59,253 bases of DNA from a virus (taxonomy: Duplodnaviria; Caudoviricetes): the IMG/VR virus record IMGVR_UViG_3300013119_000886, positions 1 to 59,253 of that record; one strand, given 5' to 3'. The notes below the pieces were generated by a model. That model saw only the letters and a program-made list of their open reading frames with translations. It did not search any database and had not been told where the DNA came from. Position numbers and translations under genes: made by a program. Positions 55,322-59,253 of the stretch are shown one piece after another; the first letter of the stretch is position 1; every line of letters starts with the position of its first letter.

Positions 55322-57382
55322 ATGATTATGAATATGTTATTAAAAAGTGAAATAGACCAATTGACTGATGAGGAATTATTGAATTATCATGGCCGTCTTC
55401 ATTCTTACTTAAATAGATTAAAGAATGACGGTGATAATTTTAACATAGATGATATATCTTCTCAGCACTATTTAGTTTATGATGCAATTAAGAATAGAGA
55501 TTTGAGGCATAAAAATTGTGATGAGATGGATGATGATATAAGTTTATTTAGTAAAGTAGAAACAAGTCTACATTTATATAATGATGAAGAAATTGAGCGA
55601 GAGCTAGAAACAATTATACTTGCGTCTATGACCGCCCCAGGTGTCCAGCAAGCTGTTGCAAAAGAAGCCCTTACTGATGATACCATAAACTTCCGTATAA
55701 TAGGCAGAATGAAGCGTTCAGAGCGTTTTGATACTTTGGGCAAAGAAGAGCCTACTGAAATAATAGATGGTGCAGCTGCTTATGAATTGTACAAAGATAT
55801 GAGTAAGAATAGTGACATATGGGTTCTTAGATGTGCTGTGATAGATGGCGATGAATTAGTGCCTATAAATGCTGGTGTTAGTAGTTTTCTTACTAGTGTA
55901 CACATGTCTATCAAATGGAATACAGAATTAAGGCATCCTCAGTGGCAAGGTTTAGATGATAGTAGATTATGGGAAATGGATGAAGGTATTCCTCATCGAG
56001 AAGTAGGAGAATATGCTTACTGGAAAACTATCGCTAGACAATTTGATAAAGAGCCCAAGTTAGGTGATACTGTTTCTATTAGGCCAGCTAGATTGCAACA
56101 ATATATGGGGTTAGGTGCTGTTGAAAGATATTGCTGGTTACAGCCAACTATAATGAGTGCTGTAACGGATGCTAGTGTGGATAGTATTAAAGAAATTGAA
56201 GAGCGTGGGTTAATAGATATAAAAGGTGTAGTTGGTAAAAGTATGGATAGTGGTAGTTCAGAATGGAGTGAATCAGAGTTTATAGATGAAGATGAAATTT
56301 CCAAGTCAGTAATTCCTTATAAAGATTTGGGCAAAGCTGACGAAAATGAAGAGTGGGATGCTAGTGAAGAAGTTAAAGCTGCTGATGTTGATACTTTAAA
56401 AATAATATGTGCTTGGTACGATAGCGATAATGCTGATGTAAAGTCATCCTATAAATTACCTCATCATAAATCAAGTGGTAAAAATGTCGCAGTGTGGAAT
56501 GGTGTTAAAGCTGCTATGGGGGCTTTGTTAGGAGCTAGGGGTGGAGTTGATATGCCAAGCAAGGATAAAAAGCAAGTTTTTTTGCACTTAAAATCTCATT
56601 ACAAAGAATTTGAAAAGGAAGTACCAGAGTTTGTCTTAAAAGAGTATATAGAGCCAGTTGTTAAAAGTGAGCATGAGATAGCTTGTTGGGTAGCTAGTTA
56701 TCCTATTGATAAAGAACCATTGATGCACTTGCAAAGACATTATGGATTAACTACTAATGACCAGTCTGGGCAAAGTGGGTTGCATTTAACGTTAGCATGT
56801 TTTGATTCGTTAGTAGATATAGAGAAAACTAGGAAAATATTGTCAGAAAGTGATGTCACTAAGTTTTTGTTTACACCTCGGGTAATGGATATTTTTGGTG
56901 ACAACCAGGAAGTATTAGTAGTACGTGGTGATTGCGATGATGATGTCAATGAGCTAGTTGGCAAGTTAAGGGATTGTGATAGTGCTAATAAGAAGTTTGA
57001 TTTTAACCCTCATATCACGTTAGGTGCTGTGGAAGACGGTAATATTGATGAAGTTCAGATACCTAAGGATATTAGGTTTGGCGAGCCAGTATTTATGATT
57101 TCTCGGGTTCAAGATGTAGACAAATATCGTCACAGTAAAAACCAATGTATGCACAAAGGTTGTCAAGATAAACCTAAATATCAGGTATTGTGGGCTGAAG
57201 GGCGAGCTAATTGTTGGTTTTGTGAAAAGCATTTACCTGTATGGCTTAATTCTGATTATGGCATATTTACTGATGTAAACGCAATTAAAGAAGTAACTAC
57301 TGATGAAGTGCCTAAATGGGGTGACAACAATAATCCTAATATATGGGAAGCGTTACGGGAACAACTAATAAAGAAAGGATAG
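55322..57382 (+). CDS. Multidomain head-module protein with 2H phosphoesterase domain
   Basis: Central YKLPHH...VWNGVKAAMGALLGARGGVD domain recalled from phage head-maturation proteins; paired HLT and HIT 2H motifs; C-terminal C..C..C..H. Confidence 0.7.
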   Translation: MIMNMLLKSEIDQLTDEELLNYHGRLHSYLNRLKNDGDNFNIDDISSQHYLVYDAIKNRDLRHKNCDEMDDDISLFSKVETSLHLYNDEEIERELETIILASMTAPGVQQAVAKEALTDDTINFRIIGRMKRSERFDTLGKEEPTEIIDGAAAYELYKDMSKNSDIWVLRCAVIDGDELVPINAGVSSFLTSVHMSIKWNTELRHPQWQGLDDSRLWEMDEGIPHREVGEYAYWKTIARQFDKEPKLGDTVSIRPARLQQYMGLGAVERYCWLQPTIMSAVTDASVDSIKEIEERGLIDIKGVVGKSMDSGSSEWSESEFIDEDEISKSVIPYKDLGKADENEEWDASEEVKAADVDTLKIICAWYDSDNADVKSSYKLPHHKSSGKNVAVWNGVKAAMGALLGARGGVDMPSKDKKQVFLHLKSHYKEFEKEVPEFVLKEYIEPVVKSEHEIACWVASYPIDKEPLMHLQRHYGLTTNDQSGQSGLHLTLACFDSLVDIEKTRKILSESDVTKFLFTPRVMDIFGDNQEVLVVRGDCDDDVNELVGKLRDCDSANKKFDFNPHITLGAVEDGNIDEVQIPKDIRFGEPVFMISRVQDVDKYRHSKNQCMHKGCQDKPKYQVLWAEGRANCWFCEKHLPVWLNSDYGIFTDVNAIKEVTTDEVPKWGDNNNPNIWEALREQLIKKG

Positions 57383-57388
57383 CTGCAT

Positions 57389-57914
57389 ATGAGTAATAGG
57401 TCATTGGTGTTACCGTTAGTTGAAGAAGCTATAGAAAAGGCTCACCGTGATAGTTATACTAATAGTCATTCTTATCAAGACGAGTTTTGTTTACTGCCCC
57501 AAAGTAAAGAGTTTAAAAAGATAACAGCAGATGCTCAGGCAGCTGTATTAGAAAGAGTAAGATTATGGCTTATGGGCATAGGCGTAAAGAAGGTTGATTA
57601 TGAAGGATAAGCAGTATTATTATAGGTGTGACTGCCATGAGGATTTATTGTGTGTTAATGCTGATGATACTTTGCGGATGAACTATTCTACAGAGGATTT
57701 GAGTAATGACAAAAGCTATTTTTTGTTAGAGCTGTCAATGTGGGCAAAAGGTTGTAGCAAGAAGAAAGTGCCTATTAGAGATAGGCTGCGTTATTGTTTT
57801 AATATATTATTTACTGGTACAATTTATACTGACCAGATTATTTTAGGGTGGAATAGTACTAAGCAGTTACGGAATGATTTAACTGACATTTTGAAGAATT
57901 ACGAAGGGGGTTAA
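57389..57914 (+). CDS. Two small hypothetical ORFs (57389-57610, 57594-57914)
   Basis: Overlapping and co-oriented. Confidence 0.5.
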
Positions 57915-58696
57915 TGCAGAAATTAAATAAACTATATTGTGGTGATGCTGTACAAGTGTTATCTGGTTTTGATAGTGATAGTATAGATTTAACAGTAACT
58001 TCACCGCCTTATAATGTTGGCAAAAATTATGATAGTAGTAATGATAACTTGACAGCAGAAAATTACTTTGCTATTATTTCAAATGTATTAGAAGAAGTTT
58101 ATCGAGTTACGAAAACAGGAGGCAGGCTGTGTTTAAATGTACCATTTATTGGTAATAGTTATTTCTTAGGTAAATCAGAATGTATGCAATTTTACCCTTC
58201 TCCTTATGTAGAGTTATGCCAAGATTTAAACTGGATATTTAGAGATTTTGTAGTGTGGGTTAAAAGTAGCGAGTCTGAGAATCCTAATAATTTTAGTGGT
58301 AATTCTACTCAATGGAGGAGTTGGCAATCAGCGAGTTGTCCATTTTTGCGTTGTTACGCGGAGGTTATTTTAATATTTCACAAGCAAAGCAAAACACTTC
58401 AGCATAATGGAGTAAGTGATATAACTAAAGAAGAGTTTCTTGAATACACAAAGAATGTTTGGTATTTTCCTGCGTCATATACTAAATGTCATCCTGCTAT
58501 ATTCCCAATAGAATTACCTAGAAGATGTATTAAGTTATATAGTTATGTTGATGATATAGTGCTTGACCCCTTTTCTGGTATAGGCAGTACATGCGTAGCT
58601 GCTAATAATTTACAGCGCAGGTGGATTGGTATTGATGTTTCTATGAAATATACTAATATTGCCAGGGCGAAATTGGCGCAGTTACGGTTATTTTGA
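57914..58696 (+). CDS. DNA methyltransferase, beta class (N4-C/N6-A; SPPY suggests m4C)
   Basis: LYCGD, VTSPPY, HPAIFP, VLDPFSGIGST and WIGID. Confidence 0.93.
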   Translation: MQKLNKLYCGDAVQVLSGFDSDSIDLTVTSPPYNVGKNYDSSNDNLTAENYFAIISNVLEEVYRVTKTGGRLCLNVPFIGNSYFLGKSECMQFYPSPYVELCQDLNWIFRDFVVWVKSSESENPNNFSGNSTQWRSWQSASCPFLRCYAEVILIFHKQSKTLQHNGVSDITKEEFLEYTKNVWYFPASYTKCHPAIFPIELPRRCIKLYSYVDDIVLDPFSGIGSTCVAANNLQRRWIGIDVSMKYTNIARAKLAQLRLF

Positions 58697-58747
58697 CTGA
58701 TAGTTGGTATTTTATTTATTGGTGACTGGCATTTAATGAAATATACC

Positions 58748-58777
58748 TTGACAAATCATATCTGCATTTGTTACAAT
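58748..58777 (+). promoter_or_regulatory. Sigma70-like promoter
   Basis: TTGACA-N18-TACAAT with extended -10 TG. Confidence 0.6.
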
Positions 58778-59079
58778 GTTGTAAACTACTAAAAGGTAAT
58801 CACAATATGAAATGTATATTATGTGGTGTAGCATTGATTAATAAACTCCGGGAGGTTTGCACTATTTGTGCAGATAAGATTGCCAAAGCTGTGGCATTAC
58901 TACCGAATATAGAGGCGGATATACTGGAGTTTGTTATCAAGAATCAATCATGGATTAAGCCATTATCTGATAAATGTAAAGGCAAATGGTATGGCAAGCT
59001 AACATTGAGTGTAACAGATAGTGAGTTTACACATGCAGGGTGGTATGAAACTAAATTATTACAACAACAGTTTCACTAA
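58768..59079 (+). CDS. Hypothetical protein with two CxxC motifs
   Basis: Likely start at MKCILCG after AAGGT. Confidence 0.5.
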   Translation: MLQCCKLLKGNHNMKCILCGVALINKLREVCTICADKIAKAVALLPNIEADILEFVIKNQSWIKPLSDKCKGKWYGKLTLSVTDSEFTHAGWYETKLLQQQFH

Positions 59080-59253
59080 TGTTAGACAAAGAAGCTGTTA
59101 AAATAATACTGTCGCAATAATCTTACCTTAAACTGAGAAATTCTCAAAGGTTTGGTCTAATAAAGAGGGTAACAGAAAGAAAAAGTTGACATTTGGATAT
59201 GCCTTTTGATGGACATACTCATCCCTCAGAAATAAGGATTTAACAACTGTTAA

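Noticed and set aside
270-57232. Antisense ORFs nested in long genes (e.g. 968-1204, 8308-8619, 18382-18633, 49007-49195, 55477-55743)
   Set aside because: Shadows of well-supported genes on the opposite strand, with no motifs or SD.
1-59253. Stop-codon reassignment (TAG read-through), prompted by an in-frame TAG in the MTase remnant
   Set aside because: Conserved genes are full length in code 11 and several end properly at TAG (SLT, UvrD, dnaB).
1-59253. CRISPR array, retron or diversity-generating retroelement
   Set aside because: No regularly spaced repeat-spacer array and no reverse transcriptase seen. The Cas4-like nuclease sits in a recombination module.

Overview
AT-rich segment of a large tailed dsDNA bacteriophage or prophage. 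The host is probably bacterial (Shine-Dalgarno sites, sigma70-like promoters, HU, SLT lysin). There are three transcription blocks. (1) Plus strand, 1-7.1 kb: a glycosyltransferase/methyltransferase/radical-SAM cluster, HU and a lysis pair. (2) Minus strand, 7.2-33 kb: a secreted toxin-like protein, Ro60/TROVE, RusA, a replication initiator with iterons, an Apyc1-like MBL hydrolase, thymidylate synthase, DnaB, UvrD, a recombination trio and many small early genes. (3) After a ~2.3 kb divergent non-coding region, plus strand, 35.3-59.1 kb: exonuclease, HNH, tRNA-Asn, RNA ligase, an NrdJ fragment, TerS, TerL with intein, portal, a radical SAM with intein, a 2H-phosphoesterase fusion and a DNA methyltransferase. 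The most striking signal is an RNA layer the ORF track cannot show. The leftward transcript carries two canonical type I hammerhead ribozymes, two copies of a covarying variant hammerhead, a twister ribozyme, tRNA-like mini-elements and several pseudoknots, and two Y-RNA-like repeats sit just upstream of ro60. All RNA folds were derived by hand, and all protein calls come from motif recognition; no database search or folding program was run.
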